This document shows, in pieces, positions 55,090 to 64,000 of a stretch of DNA of 64,000 nt. The stretch is from an uncultured Bdellovibrionales bacterium (GTDB taxonomy: Bacteria; Patescibacteriota; Minisyncoccia; Moranbacterales; DUUL01). The translations under genes were made by a program, and so were the position numbers. The stretch's first letter is position 1, and each line of letters opens with the position of its first letter. The notes beneath the pieces are model-generated. The model saw nothing but the letters and a program-made list of their open reading frames with translations, had not been told where the DNA came from and searched no databases. The stretch spans positions 10,541-74,540 of the forward strand of contig CAZKWX010000002.1 in assembly GCA_964556685.1 (NCBI GenBank), given 5' to 3'.

Positions 55090-56286
55090 ATGGAAGAAAA
55101 TAGTGTTGGAGAATACAAAAAAAACAAAATCGTTATGGTGAGCAGTTTGCTTCCGGCCACTCACTATTCCCAATATCTATGTTCTTGGCTGAACAGAATT
55201 ATAGGCGAAGACTTAGTTACTTATAGCGACACCAACGAGAAAAATCGGCAAATAGAACATTGCGGTAAAATTAAAACCGTCTGGCGCAAGAATGGATTTT
55301 TTGTTTTTGATATTTTAAGAGAAATCAGAAAAGACAGACCTCAGATTATTCATCTTCAGCACGAACTTAATATGTATGGAGGGACTTTAACGGCACTGGC
55401 ATTTCCTTTTTTAGTTTTGTTATTGAGGATTTTTTCAGGCGCTAAGATCGTGGTGACTATTCACGCCGTAGTCAGAAAAAACTTGATTGATCAAAAATTT
55501 GTCAAACTTTTCAAAAAGCGGAGCACTTTGGTCAACTCCTTTACTTTGAAATCATTTTTTATTTTTCTCAATCGATTGATCGGCTTGGCCGCAAACAAAA
55601 TGATTGTTCACAGCGAATATCTCAAATCGATTTTAGTTGATGACTATGGACTGGCCGGAAAAAAGATTGAAGTTATTCCCTGCGGAGTGGCAGTTGTTCC
55701 CAAGCAAAACAGCCAATTGGAACACCGGCAAAAGTTTTTTCTTTGCTTCGGCTACATGACCCGAAGGAAAGGGATTGATCAAGTGCTGAAAGGTTTTGCT
55801 GAGTTTGTTGAAAAAAATCCTGAGGCTAGTTTTTCTTTGGTTTTGGCGGGTGGAACAATAGAAGGCCAAGAGTTTGCTCGAAAAGAGATAATCGACTATG
55901 CCAACAACTTGAATCTTCAAGATTCTTTTGAATTTAAGGGATTTGTCGACATTGATGAAATAGATCGACTTTTTCAAAATGCCTATGCTATTATTATCCC
56001 AGCAGCAATTTCTATTTCCGCCAGCGGTCCGTTAGCTCATGCGATTGGTTATGGAAAATGTGTTTTGGCTTCCAAAGTGGGCAATTTGAGTGAAGAAATC
56101 ACTGACCGAACGGATGGTTATTTAGTAGAAAAAAAAGGATGGGCCCAAGCCTTTCGGGAAATTGCTGGTGATCGTGATTTGGTGGACAGGATCGAATCAG
56201 GAGCGAGAAAGAAATCCCAAGAACAAAGCTGGGAGAGGGTCAGCCAGCAGCACGTAGCTATCTATGAATCACTGAAAGGAAAGTAG
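55090..56286 (+). CDS. glycosyltransferase family 4
   Basis: ...FLCFGYMTRRKGIDQVLKGF...IIIPAAISISASGPLAHAIGYGKCVLASKVGNLSEEI... GT4 motifs. Confidence 0.85.
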   Translation: MEENSVGEYKKNKIVMVSSLLPATHYSQYLCSWLNRIIGEDLVTYSDTNEKNRQIEHCGKIKTVWRKNGFFVFDILREIRKDRPQIIHLQHELNMYGGTLTALAFPFLVLLLRIFSGAKIVVTIHAVVRKNLIDQKFVKLFKKRSTLVNSFTLKSFFIFLNRLIGLAANKMIVHSEYLKSILVDDYGLAGKKIEVIPCGVAVVPKQNSQLEHRQKFFLCFGYMTRRKGIDQVLKGFAEFVEKNPEASFSLVLAGGTIEGQEFARKEIIDYANNLNLQDSFEFKGFVDIDEIDRLFQNAYAIIIPAAISISASGPLAHAIGYGKCVLASKVGNLSEEITDRTDGYLVEKKGWAQAFREIAGDRDLVDRIESGARKKSQEQSWERVSQQHVAIYESLKGK

Positions 56287-56318
56287 TCCATAACAGAAGT
56301 TACGCAGTCTATGTTTGA

Positions 56319-56396
56319 TTTTCCGCAAGCAAGGTATTTTTGCCAAATGTTCACTCCGTTTCCTAAGGTGTCAAAAATACCTTGCTTGCGGGAAAT
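56319..56396 (+). repeat. long-stem hairpin element, copy 1 (22-bp stem, ~29-nt loop)
   Basis: ttttccgcaagcaaggtatttttg (56319-56342) is the perfect reverse complement of caaaaataccttgcttgcgggaaa (56372-56395). The loop ccaaatgttcactccgtttcctaaggtgt is conserved in copy 2. Confidence 0.85.
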
Positions 56397-56460
56397 TTCT
56401 GTTAAGTGAAATAGGAAAGTGCGCAATCTTTATCTGTAAGATCTGTAAGTTATAATCTCA

Positions 56461-57519
56461 ATGAATAATTTGGAATTATCTGTAATTATAGTTAATTATA
56501 ACGGCAGAGACTATGTCGAGAGGTGTGTTGATTCCATCCTTAGAAGTAATGCAAATAATTTTGAGATCATAGTGGTGGATAACGGTTCTAGCGATGGGAG
56601 TGTCGAATCTCTTAAAAGCAAGTATGCTCGAAGTTCAGACAAGATAGTTTTTCTTGAACTTGAGAAGAATTATGGACCGGCTCGGGCAAGAAATGAAGGC
56701 ACAAAACTGGCCAAGGGAGAGTTTTTGTGTTTCTTGGACAACGATACTGAAGTTGAAAAAAATTGGTCGCAAGCAGCGATTAGCGAATTCAAAAAAGAAG
56801 AAGGGCTAGGAATTATTCAGTGCAAATTGCTTTTAGCCAAAGAAAGAAATAGAATAGATTATGTGGGAGAATATCTTGGACAAAATGGTTTTTTAGTGCA
56901 AAGGGCGATGGCCGGCAAAATTGACCAGGGGCAATATGATCAAGAAGCCCAGATTTTAGCAGCTAAGTCAGCGGGGATGTTTATTCGCAAAAAAGCTTTT
57001 AATGAAGCAGGAGGCTTTGATGAGGATTATTTTATCTACTTGGAAGAGACTGATTTAGGCTGGAGGACTTGGCTGGCCGGATATACTGTCAAGTTTGTCT
57101 TTCAATCAAGGGTCTATCATGAATTCGGAACCAGCACGGTTATTTTGGGTAAAAGCCAGAGCAGTCACAACGCTAAATTTCATGGGTGCAAAAATTACGT
57201 TGCCACCTTAATTAAAAATTTGGGCTTCTGGAACCTTATTAAGATTTTGCCATTGCATGTTCTTTTATGGCTGGGATTAGCCTGGTTCTCCTTACTCAAA
57301 GGCAGACCGAAAGTGTTTCTTTGGATTCACAAAGCCATCGGTTGGAATATTTTAAACTTAACTCGAACATTGGCAAAAAGAAGAGTAATTCAGAATAGGC
57401 GCACATTAACTGACAGAGAATTATTTAAAATTATTTTGCGAAAGAAACCCTTGAGTTATTTTTTTAAGAAAGCTGTCGTTAAACAAAAAATCGGTCAAGC
57501 TAGAAGTTTTAATGATTGA
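56461..57519 (+). CDS. glycosyltransferase family 2
   Basis: LSVIIVNYNGRDYV...VVDNGSSDGS...FLDNDTEV motifs. Confidence 0.85.
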   Translation: MNNLELSVIIVNYNGRDYVERCVDSILRSNANNFEIIVVDNGSSDGSVESLKSKYARSSDKIVFLELEKNYGPARARNEGTKLAKGEFLCFLDNDTEVEKNWSQAAISEFKKEEGLGIIQCKLLLAKERNRIDYVGEYLGQNGFLVQRAMAGKIDQGQYDQEAQILAAKSAGMFIRKKAFNEAGGFDEDYFIYLEETDLGWRTWLAGYTVKFVFQSRVYHEFGTSTVILGKSQSSHNAKFHGCKNYVATLIKNLGFWNLIKILPLHVLLWLGLAWFSLLKGRPKVFLWIHKAIGWNILNLTRTLAKRRVIQNRRTLTDRELFKIILRKKPLSYFFKKAVVKQKIGQARSFND

Positions 57520-57822
57520 TGGGTTATCAGCTTAAAATCCTATCTTAGGTTGAATTCTCCCGCCTTTTAACTAAGTAAAGACCTTAATATCTTTTTCTTT
57601 ATTCCAACACGGTTCAATCACTATCGCTTCGTAAAAATTCTCAGGAACCGCTATCTACTACAGATAACAGTAATTTGTCCGCCAGAATCGCCCTAAAAAT
57701 TTTTACTCACCGACAGTAATTAAACCTTAAATTATTCCAAATCATGCTCAATTTTCAATCGAAAGTAACTCTTCTGGCTCGAAATCGATGGATAATTTAA
57801 ATATCAAACCTCGCAAAATAAA

Positions 57823-58815
57823 ATGAAAGCAGACATTTTTATTCCTACCAGTAATCGTGTCAATGCGTTAAGACAATGCTTGGCAAGCCTGAGTTGTCAA
57901 ACTAATCAGAACTTTCGTTTAATTATTGGAGGACTTGAGAAGAGTGAAAAAACAGAAGAAGTCTTAGCTAATTTTTCCCAACTGGAAATTTGTTATTTTA
58001 TCCAAAAGAAAAAAGGGCTGGTTGAGGCGGCCAATGAAGCTTTGGCTAGAACAGAAAACGAAATATTTATTCGAACCGATGACGATGTTTTTTTTGATCG
58101 AGAATGGCTAGCAAATGTTTTGAAAACGTTTAATGATCATCCCGAAGTTGGCGGAGTGACTGGCCCTACCATTATGAGCCAAGAAGGCTTAAAGTCTAGA
58201 GACTTGACTGCTTATCTAGAGAAGTTTAAAGATAGCAAAAATTTACTTTTAAAATTAATTCGCTATCTTTATTACGATTACTTGTATGAAGGAAAAATTA
58301 ATCAAGTGAGTCGATTCCTTGACAGCGGAGTTTTTACTCTAGGTTCAAATTATAAAAACTGTTTGTCATTAAAAGGATTGGCGGAAGTCAATAATCTGGA
58401 AGCCTGTAATTGGTCAGCTAGAACCGGTATAATAAAAAAAATAGGCGGCTTCGACAAAACTTTCCGAAGAGGTTTGGGCGAATATCACGAAGCTGATGCG
58501 GCGCTCCGAATCAAACAATTGGGTTACCGATTGGTCTTTAATCCGCGAGCAAAGGTCTATCATCGAGTGGAGACTGGCAAAATTAAGAAAGCTCGCCCCG
58601 AGTCGTTTTGGAGAATCCAGAATTTTATCATTTTCTATTTTAGATATTTCAGAATAAAAAGTTCTAAACAGCTTTTAAAGTTTTTAACAAATATCGCCCT
58701 TCAAAACGGGTATTATTTTTTCAGATTTCTAACCACTTTCAGTTTTGATCAGTTGAGTGCGATGCCGGGGACGATAGTCGGATTTGTAAGAGTCTTTTTT
58801 AGAATTAAAATATGA
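57823..58815 (+). CDS. GT2-like glycosyltransferase
   Basis: DIFIPTSNR... and IRTDDDVFF (DxD) motifs. Confidence 0.65.
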   Translation: MKADIFIPTSNRVNALRQCLASLSCQTNQNFRLIIGGLEKSEKTEEVLANFSQLEICYFIQKKKGLVEAANEALARTENEIFIRTDDDVFFDREWLANVLKTFNDHPEVGGVTGPTIMSQEGLKSRDLTAYLEKFKDSKNLLLKLIRYLYYDYLYEGKINQVSRFLDSGVFTLGSNYKNCLSLKGLAEVNNLEACNWSARTGIIKKIGGFDKTFRRGLGEYHEADAALRIKQLGYRLVFNPRAKVYHRVETGKIKKARPESFWRIQNFIIFYFRYFRIKSSKQLLKFLTNIALQNGYYFFRFLTTFSFDQLSAMPGTIVGFVRVFFRIKI

Positions 58816-59612
58816 AGACCAAGAAAACATCATTAACTAGTTTAAAAAAATGTTACTCGCACCCTTCAATAGCACTTTTCAGAGCTATTGAGTTATGGAC
58901 AATCCATGAAAATCTAAAGAATCTTGAATTAAACCAACCTTCATTAGATTTGGGATGTGGAGACGGCAAAATAGCCAAGTTGCTTTTCGATAAAAACTTC
59001 ACCTATGGGGTTGATAATGGGGAAGCGAGAGACGTAGAGGAAGTAATCAAAAAAGGGATTTATCAAAAAGTTTTCTTGGAGAGCGCGGAAAAGATGTCGC
59101 TGTCAAACAATTCGGTGGAATTTGTTTTTAGCAATTGTGTGATTGAGCACATTCCCAATGCTAATGCCGTTCTGACTGAAGTGGCAAGAATCTTGAAGCC
59201 GGGTGGCAAATTTGTATTTACTGTTCCAAGCCATCGCTTTTCCGATTTTCTATATCTAACCGAAAAGTTTGCTTCTTGGGGTCTGGGATTTCTTTCTCAA
59301 TTCTATAAATACAGAAGAAACAAGATGCTCCATCAATTTCACTGCTATAGCGCGCAGGATTGGAAAAGAAAACTGGGCCAGCATGGTTTGAAGATGATAA
59401 AATTTCAATACTATATGCCGCGGGAGGCCTTAATGCTGTGGGATAAAATGGCGCTGGAGATTTTTTTCAGGAAGATTTTGGATAGCGAGGCAGAAAGAAG
59501 GGTGGCAGAAAAATATGAACACGAGATGAAAAAAATCTATGCTGGCTGTGAAACGAACGTTGAAGACGGAGCGGGGCTTTCCATCTATTGTGAAAAACAA
59601 GAATTATCATGA
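58812..59612 (+). CDS. class I SAM-dependent methyltransferase
   Basis: LDLGCGDGKIAKLL (motif I) and ...ARILKPGGKFVFTVP (post II/III) motifs. Confidence 0.85.
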   Translation: MKTKKTSLTSLKKCYSHPSIALFRAIELWTIHENLKNLELNQPSLDLGCGDGKIAKLLFDKNFTYGVDNGEARDVEEVIKKGIYQKVFLESAEKMSLSNNSVEFVFSNCVIEHIPNANAVLTEVARILKPGGKFVFTVPSHRFSDFLYLTEKFASWGLGFLSQFYKYRRNKMLHQFHCYSAQDWKRKLGQHGLKMIKFQYYMPREALMLWDKMALEIFFRKILDSEAERRVAEKYEHEMKKIYAGCETNVEDGAGLSIYCEKQELS

Positions 59613-60577
59613 CAACACATTCACCAAAAATATCAATAGGTATTCCCAATTATAATCGACCTAACCTTTTGATGGCGACCTTAAATTCTGCTGCCAACCA
59701 AACCAAAAGACCTTTCGAAATAGTTGTGGTTGATAACGCTTCAACAAAAGATCTATCTGCAGCGAGAAAGTTAGTAGAAAAAAGAGGTTGGAGTTGGTTT
59801 GATAACCAGCAAAATCTGGGGATGATGGCTAATTTTAACCAAGTTATTCGCAGGGCCAAGGGAGATTATCTCGCTTTAGTTCACAGCGATGACCTAATTT
59901 CGAAATATTTCATTGAAAAAGCCCAACGCTTCATCCTTCAATATCCCGGTTTTAAGATTTACACTACTAATTGTGCCGGTATTAATCATCGAGATCAAGT
60001 GGTTGCTGAATATCGGCTTTTTAACCAAGATAAAATTGTTTCCCGAGTGAAGGGCGCCAGAGATCTTTGGAATCGTGATTATTTCAGTCTTTTTTCAATT
60101 TTGGGTTGTACGATTTATGAAAGGAAGTTTATTCAAGAACATCTCTTCCAGGAAAGTTGGGAGAATGAGGCCGACTTAGACCAAGCGTTGAGAATTCTTG
60201 CGCAAGAGGATGTGATGTATGTCAACGAGGCGATATATTATACTCGAATTCATGCGGGACAAGCTTCTGCCCAAAACAAATTCGACCAAGAACAGCTGGA
60301 AAAATACATTTGTAACAGGCTGCTAATCCATCAGGAATATCAGTCAGCTTTTGCTATCGTTCCGAAATTTGTAGAAAAAATTAAAGCGATTCACTTAGCT
60401 CAACTACTGGGCAAATATAAGTATCGGCTAGCGGCAGCGCGATCTTTATTGGGAATCAAATCACAGAGGGAATTATTTGGTTTATTTTTACTTTGGCCGG
60501 GTATGGCGGCAAGAGCTTTGATTAGGAAATTCAACTTCCGAAGACGCAGAAGAGAGGTTGAAAGAAATTTAAACTAA
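59609..60577 (+). CDS. glycosyltransferase family 2
   Basis: ISIGIPNYNRPNLL...VVVDNASTKD...VHSDDLI motifs. Confidence 0.85.
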   Translation: MTTHSPKISIGIPNYNRPNLLMATLNSAANQTKRPFEIVVVDNASTKDLSAARKLVEKRGWSWFDNQQNLGMMANFNQVIRRAKGDYLALVHSDDLISKYFIEKAQRFILQYPGFKIYTTNCAGINHRDQVVAEYRLFNQDKIVSRVKGARDLWNRDYFSLFSILGCTIYERKFIQEHLFQESWENEADLDQALRILAQEDVMYVNEAIYYTRIHAGQASAQNKFDQEQLEKYICNRLLIHQEYQSAFAIVPKFVEKIKAIHLAQLLGKYKYRLAAARSLLGIKSQRELFGLFLLWPGMAARALIRKFNFRRRRREVERNLN

Positions 60578-60698
60578 GACTATTATAAGAAGGCGATTAG
60601 AAAAGTATAAAAACGTTAATCTGGTGATCATCAAATACATTTCAAAAACAGCTTCGTAGCACTTTGAATTATCTTTGAATTAAAACCAAGCCATAAAA

Positions 60699-61196
60699 AT
60701 GCTACTACTCAGTGAAATAATTCATTTTTCAACCGCTCTCCTGATAGGTTTTCTCATTTCTCGCAGATGGGGCAAGCCCAAATTAGTCTATCCGGCAGCT
60801 ATTTTTGGAGCTTTCTTGGTGGACATCGATCATCTGGTTGATTATTTTTTAGCTTTTGGTTTTGATTTCAATTTAATTCAGTTTCTGTCTGGTTATCATT
60901 TTTTAATCAGTGACAAGCTTTACATCCCGCTTCATGGATGGGAAGTAGTTTTATTATTCTTGCTCTTCTTTTGGTGGTTCACTAAAAAGAAAAGCAACAC
61001 GGCTAAAATAATTTTTCTCATTCTTAGCATCAGTCTCTTCACTCATTTAGTGGAGGACGTATTCACTAATCGAGGGTTGACGGCTAAAACTTATTCTCTG
61101 GTTTATCGGGCGAGTAATAACTTCGAGATAGAAGAAATAGTAACATCGGAACACTGGGAAAAACATTTAAAAATGAAAGAAGAACTCGCAAAATAA
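60699..61196 (+). CDS. hypothetical integral membrane protein, possibly a DUF457/YdjM-like metal-dependent hydrolase
   Basis: Four TM segments. A conserved-looking LVDIDHLVD motif. Confidence 0.45.
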   Translation: MLLLSEIIHFSTALLIGFLISRRWGKPKLVYPAAIFGAFLVDIDHLVDYFLAFGFDFNLIQFLSGYHFLISDKLYIPLHGWEVVLLFLLFFWWFTKKKSNTAKIIFLILSISLFTHLVEDVFTNRGLTAKTYSLVYRASNNFEIEEIVTSEHWEKHLKMKEELAK

Positions 61197-61239
61197 AAAA
61201 TTACAAGGGTTGCGCACCTCCCCGCTTAACTTAACGGAA

Positions 61240-61318
61240 ATTTCCCGCAAGCAAAGCATTTTTGCCAAACGTTCACTTCGTTTCCTAAGGTGTCAAAAAT
61301 ACCTTACTTGCGGGAAAT
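61240..61318 (+). repeat. long-stem hairpin element, copy 2
   Basis: atttcccgcaagcaaagcatttttg ... caaaaataccttacttgcgggaaat. Same loop as copy 1. The stem has 3 mismatches. Confidence 0.85.
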
Positions 61319-61354
61319 TAGATACGGATTGGATAATTTCTAAACGTTACAAAA

Positions 61355-62395
61355 TTGGAAAAGAAAAATTTGCCCACTATTAGTGTTTGCATGGCTACGC
61401 TCAACGCGGAGCGGGTTTTGGGCGAGTGCCTGAAACGGCTGTTTGATCAAGATTATCCACAAGAAAAAATTGAACTTATAGTGGGTGATGGTGGATCAAC
61501 TGATAGAACCAAAAAAATTGTGGAGAACTGTGGCGGTCGAGTTTTTCACAATTCACTCAAAACCGCTGAATCGGGAAAGGCAGTGGCAGTTAAACAGGCT
61601 AGCAATGAATTGGTTTTAATTCTTGATTCTGATAATTATCTTCCTGATCGGAGCTGGCTATGGAAAATGGTTGAGCCTTTTGAAGATCCTGAGATAAAAC
61701 TAACCGAGCCAATCAAATATACTTGGAGGAAGGAGGGCGGTTACATCGAACGCTATAGTGCTCTGATCGGCATGAATGATCCGATCTGTCTTTTTCTGGG
61801 AAATTATGATCGGTGGAATTATCTAACTCGAAAATGGACGGAAGTTCCTCACCGATCTGAAGAAAAAGATGGCTATCTGAAAATAATTCTAACGGAAAAA
61901 GGGATTCCAACCGTGGGGGCTAACGGTACAATCTTTCGTCATTCATTGTTGCAAAGCCTGGAGATAGGTAAATATCTTTTTGATGTCGATATGATTGTCA
62001 AAGAAATTACTGATAGGGGCGAAATCAAGATCGCTAAAGTTAAAGTCGGCATCATTCACACTTTTTGTGAAAGCGATTGGCGAAAGTTTGTTCGTAAGCA
62101 ACAGCGAAGAATTAAAGACTATATTTTTCACAAAAAAAACAAATCGCGGGCTTTTGATTGGGATAAATTTGAATTAGGCGGAGAATCTTCGTTAGGACTA
62201 GTAAAATTTGTATTATCAACAGTTTTAATCTTTCCTCTTTTATTTCAAATCCTTGTAGGCTATGTCCGCAAACCCGATCAAGCCTGGTTATTTCATTTGC
62301 CAGCTTGCTGGATTACTCTAATAGTTTATAGTTGGGGGAAGGCAGTTGGTATTTTTAGTCAAGAAGAAATGAATCGAGATAACTGGAAACAATAA
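61355..62395 (+). CDS. glycosyltransferase family 2; TTG start
   Basis: ISVCMATLNAERVL...VGDGGSTDRT...ILDSDNYL motifs. Confidence 0.75.
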   Translation: MEKKNLPTISVCMATLNAERVLGECLKRLFDQDYPQEKIELIVGDGGSTDRTKKIVENCGGRVFHNSLKTAESGKAVAVKQASNELVLILDSDNYLPDRSWLWKMVEPFEDPEIKLTEPIKYTWRKEGGYIERYSALIGMNDPICLFLGNYDRWNYLTRKWTEVPHRSEEKDGYLKIILTEKGIPTVGANGTIFRHSLLQSLEIGKYLFDVDMIVKEITDRGEIKIAKVKVGIIHTFCESDWRKFVRKQQRRIKDYIFHKKNKSRAFDWDKFELGGESSLGLVKFVLSTVLIFPLLFQILVGYVRKPDQAWLFHLPACWITLIVYSWGKAVGIFSQEEMNRDNWKQ

Positions 62396-62412
62396 AAAAT
62401 AATTTTAAAAAA

Positions 62413-63411
62413 ATGAAGAAAAAAACGGCTTTAATCACCGGAATTATCGGTCAAGACGGACCCTATTTGGCTAAATTGCTTTTAAAGAAAAACTATGAGG
62501 TCTATGGTTTAATCCGGCGTTACACCAATCCCAATTTTTCCAATCTTGATTATTTGGGAATTACCAATGACGTTGAATATGTCAATGGCGATATGACCGA
62601 TGAGGGATCATTGATGAATATTGTTAAAACGATTCAGCCTGACGAAGTCTATAATTTGGCTGCTCAATCATTTGTAGGAACCTCTTGGGACCAGGCTAAG
62701 GTGACTACTGAAATCAATTCGATGGGCGTTTTGTATTTGCTTAACGCAATTAAGGACCATTGCCCAAGGGCCAAATTTTATCAAGCTTCCACCAGTGAGA
62801 TGTTTGGCAACAGTTCAAACAAGAACGGCATTCAAACTGAAGAAACTCCTTTCCATCCACGCAGCCCTTATGCCATTTCCAAACTCTATGCTCACTGGAT
62901 GACAGTCAATTTCAAAGAAAGCTATGGCATGTTTTGCGCCAGTGGAATTCTTTTTAATCACGAATCACCTATTCGGGGGAAAGAATTTGTTACTCGAAAG
63001 ATTACCGACGGGGTAGCGCGGATAAAGCTAGGGTTAGAAAACAAAATAAAGCTAGGCAATCTGGACAGCAAACGAGACTGGGGTTTTGCTGGTGACTATG
63101 TGGATGCTATGTGGTTGATGCTTCAGCAAAAAGAACCTGATAACTATATTATTTCAACTGGCAAAACCCATTCTATTCGAGACTTTCTTGATGAAGCTTT
63201 TGGATATATTGGAATAAAAAGTTGGAAAAAACATGTCAGCATCGATCCTCGTTTCAAACGACCAGCCGAACTTTTTGTGCTCAAAGGCAGGTCCACTAAA
63301 GCTCGAAGGAAATTAGGTTGGAGACCTAAAACCACCTTTAAGCAATTGGTGGCGATGATGATGGAAGCGGATCTGAAACGAGTGGAGGAGGAAATCAAGA
63401 AAGAAAAATGA
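62413..63411 (+). CDS. gmd: GDP-mannose 4,6-dehydratase
   Basis: ALITGIIGQDGPYLAKLLL...YNLAAQSFVG...ASTSEMFG...YAISKLYAHWMTVNFKESYGMFCASGILFNHESPIRG are Gmd/SDR-extended signatures. Confidence 0.95.
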   Translation: MKKKTALITGIIGQDGPYLAKLLLKKNYEVYGLIRRYTNPNFSNLDYLGITNDVEYVNGDMTDEGSLMNIVKTIQPDEVYNLAAQSFVGTSWDQAKVTTEINSMGVLYLLNAIKDHCPRAKFYQASTSEMFGNSSNKNGIQTEETPFHPRSPYAISKLYAHWMTVNFKESYGMFCASGILFNHESPIRGKEFVTRKITDGVARIKLGLENKIKLGNLDSKRDWGFAGDYVDAMWLMLQQKEPDNYIISTGKTHSIRDFLDEAFGYIGIKSWKKHVSIDPRFKRPAELFVLKGRSTKARRKLGWRPKTTFKQLVAMMMEADLKRVEEEIKKEK

Positions 63412-64000
63412 GCAATAAAGCAGACCAAAAAGATATAATAATTTTTCTCAATGCGTTTTGGAACAATGGCCAAGGAATGAGCGGGGGCGATCAAATGCTG
63501 ATTCAAATTTTTAAAAGAATTCGGGGACATTTTGGTTCGGTGAAATGTTATACAAGTATTGATGGCAGGGAAGTGATCGAGGCTGAAGTCGATAATGTGG
63601 GTTTTAGTGTCTCGCCGAAAATATTTGATCAATTTCCTCTGATAATAAACTACCTATTGAGGACATTTCGAGCGCTGGGTGTTGTTTTTAAAAAGGGCAC
63701 AGATAGCATCTATGGCGGATCAGATTTTTTCCCGGACGCAGCGCCCGCTTTTTTGTATAAATTATTTCATCCTCAAGTTAGGTGGGTTCAGTGTATTTTC
63801 CACATATACCCCAATTGGAAGACCCGGCCGGGCAGTAAAACAAAAAATTTTATTGCTCAATATCTTCAGAAATTTTCTTTGCTGATGATCAAAAAAGCAG
63901 ATATTATTATTAATATCAATTACCAAGTTCGAGAAGATTTAATCAAGCGAGGCTTTGACGGTGATAAAATTGTAGTTAACCCACCGGGCATAAAGTTTGA
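63408..64000 (+). CDS. probable glycosyltransferase (GT4-like N-terminal domain), 3'-truncated by window edge
   Basis: The ATG at 63408 overlaps the gmd stop. The frame is open to the end of the window (MSNKADQKDIIIFLNAFWNNGQGMSGGDQML...). The assignment is tentative. Confidence 0.45.
   Translation, partial: MSNKADQKDIIIFLNAFWNNGQGMSGGDQMLIQIFKRIRGHFGSVKCYTSIDGREVIEAEVDNVGFSVSPKIFDQFPLIINYLLRTFRALGVVFKKGTDSIYGGSDFFPDAAPAFLYKLFHPQVRWVQCIFHIYPNWKTRPGSKTKNFIAQYLQKFSLLMIKKADIIININYQVREDLIKRGFDGDKIVVNPPGIKF

Overview
Window composition: The window has low GC (about 38-40% by eye) and is gene-dense, and it reads as a reduced-genome bacterium. A Patescibacteria/CPR-like lineage is an inference from the missing L30, the many glycosyltransferases and the TPR-fused membrane proteins. 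Gene content, in order:
- spc ribosomal operon fragment (S14, L6, L18, S5, L15, secY); the S8 and L30 genes are not at their conserved positions.
- tRNA-Gly(UCC).
- rpoB-rpoC.
- rpsT, ruvA.
- Cell-wall genes: a FemAB-family transferase, a Mur ligase, murJ and a LysM lytic transglycosylase.
- thrS, dnaE, lepA, dnaA.
- From about 45.5 kb to the end, a long envelope-glycan locus: GT4 and GT2 transferases, a Wzx flippase, a GtrB-like transferase, a B12-binding radical SAM enzyme, a methyltransferase, gmd, and a TPR-tailed GT-C-like membrane protein.

Most notable observations:
1. LepA carries an in-frame nested GxxExxY (PD-(D/E)xK nuclease-fold) domain inside its GTPase domain. It is not an intein.
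2. Two tandem cassettes of small unknown ORFs sit between rplO and secY, in the most conserved operon. Each is bounded by the same inverted repeats plus a conserved ~75-95 nt hairpin.
3. A conserved ~90-nt structured element is duplicated in the 5' leaders of both rpoB and rpoC.
4. A pervasive simple-repeat family (gaaattc/aattcca/atcaat-type) and poly-C/poly-G hairpin palindromes occur in intergenic spacers and also as in-frame insertions in essential genes (FemAB, the Mur ligase, the MiaB-like enzyme, lepA, dnaE, the rSAM enzyme). This is reminiscent of Rickettsia palindromic elements.
5. An ~78-nt long-stem hairpin repeat occurs twice, flanking a five-gene glycosyltransferase module.

No CRISPR arrays, rRNA genes or recognisable transposases were seen. 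All functional calls are from reading the translated ORFs for family motifs; no database searches were possible.
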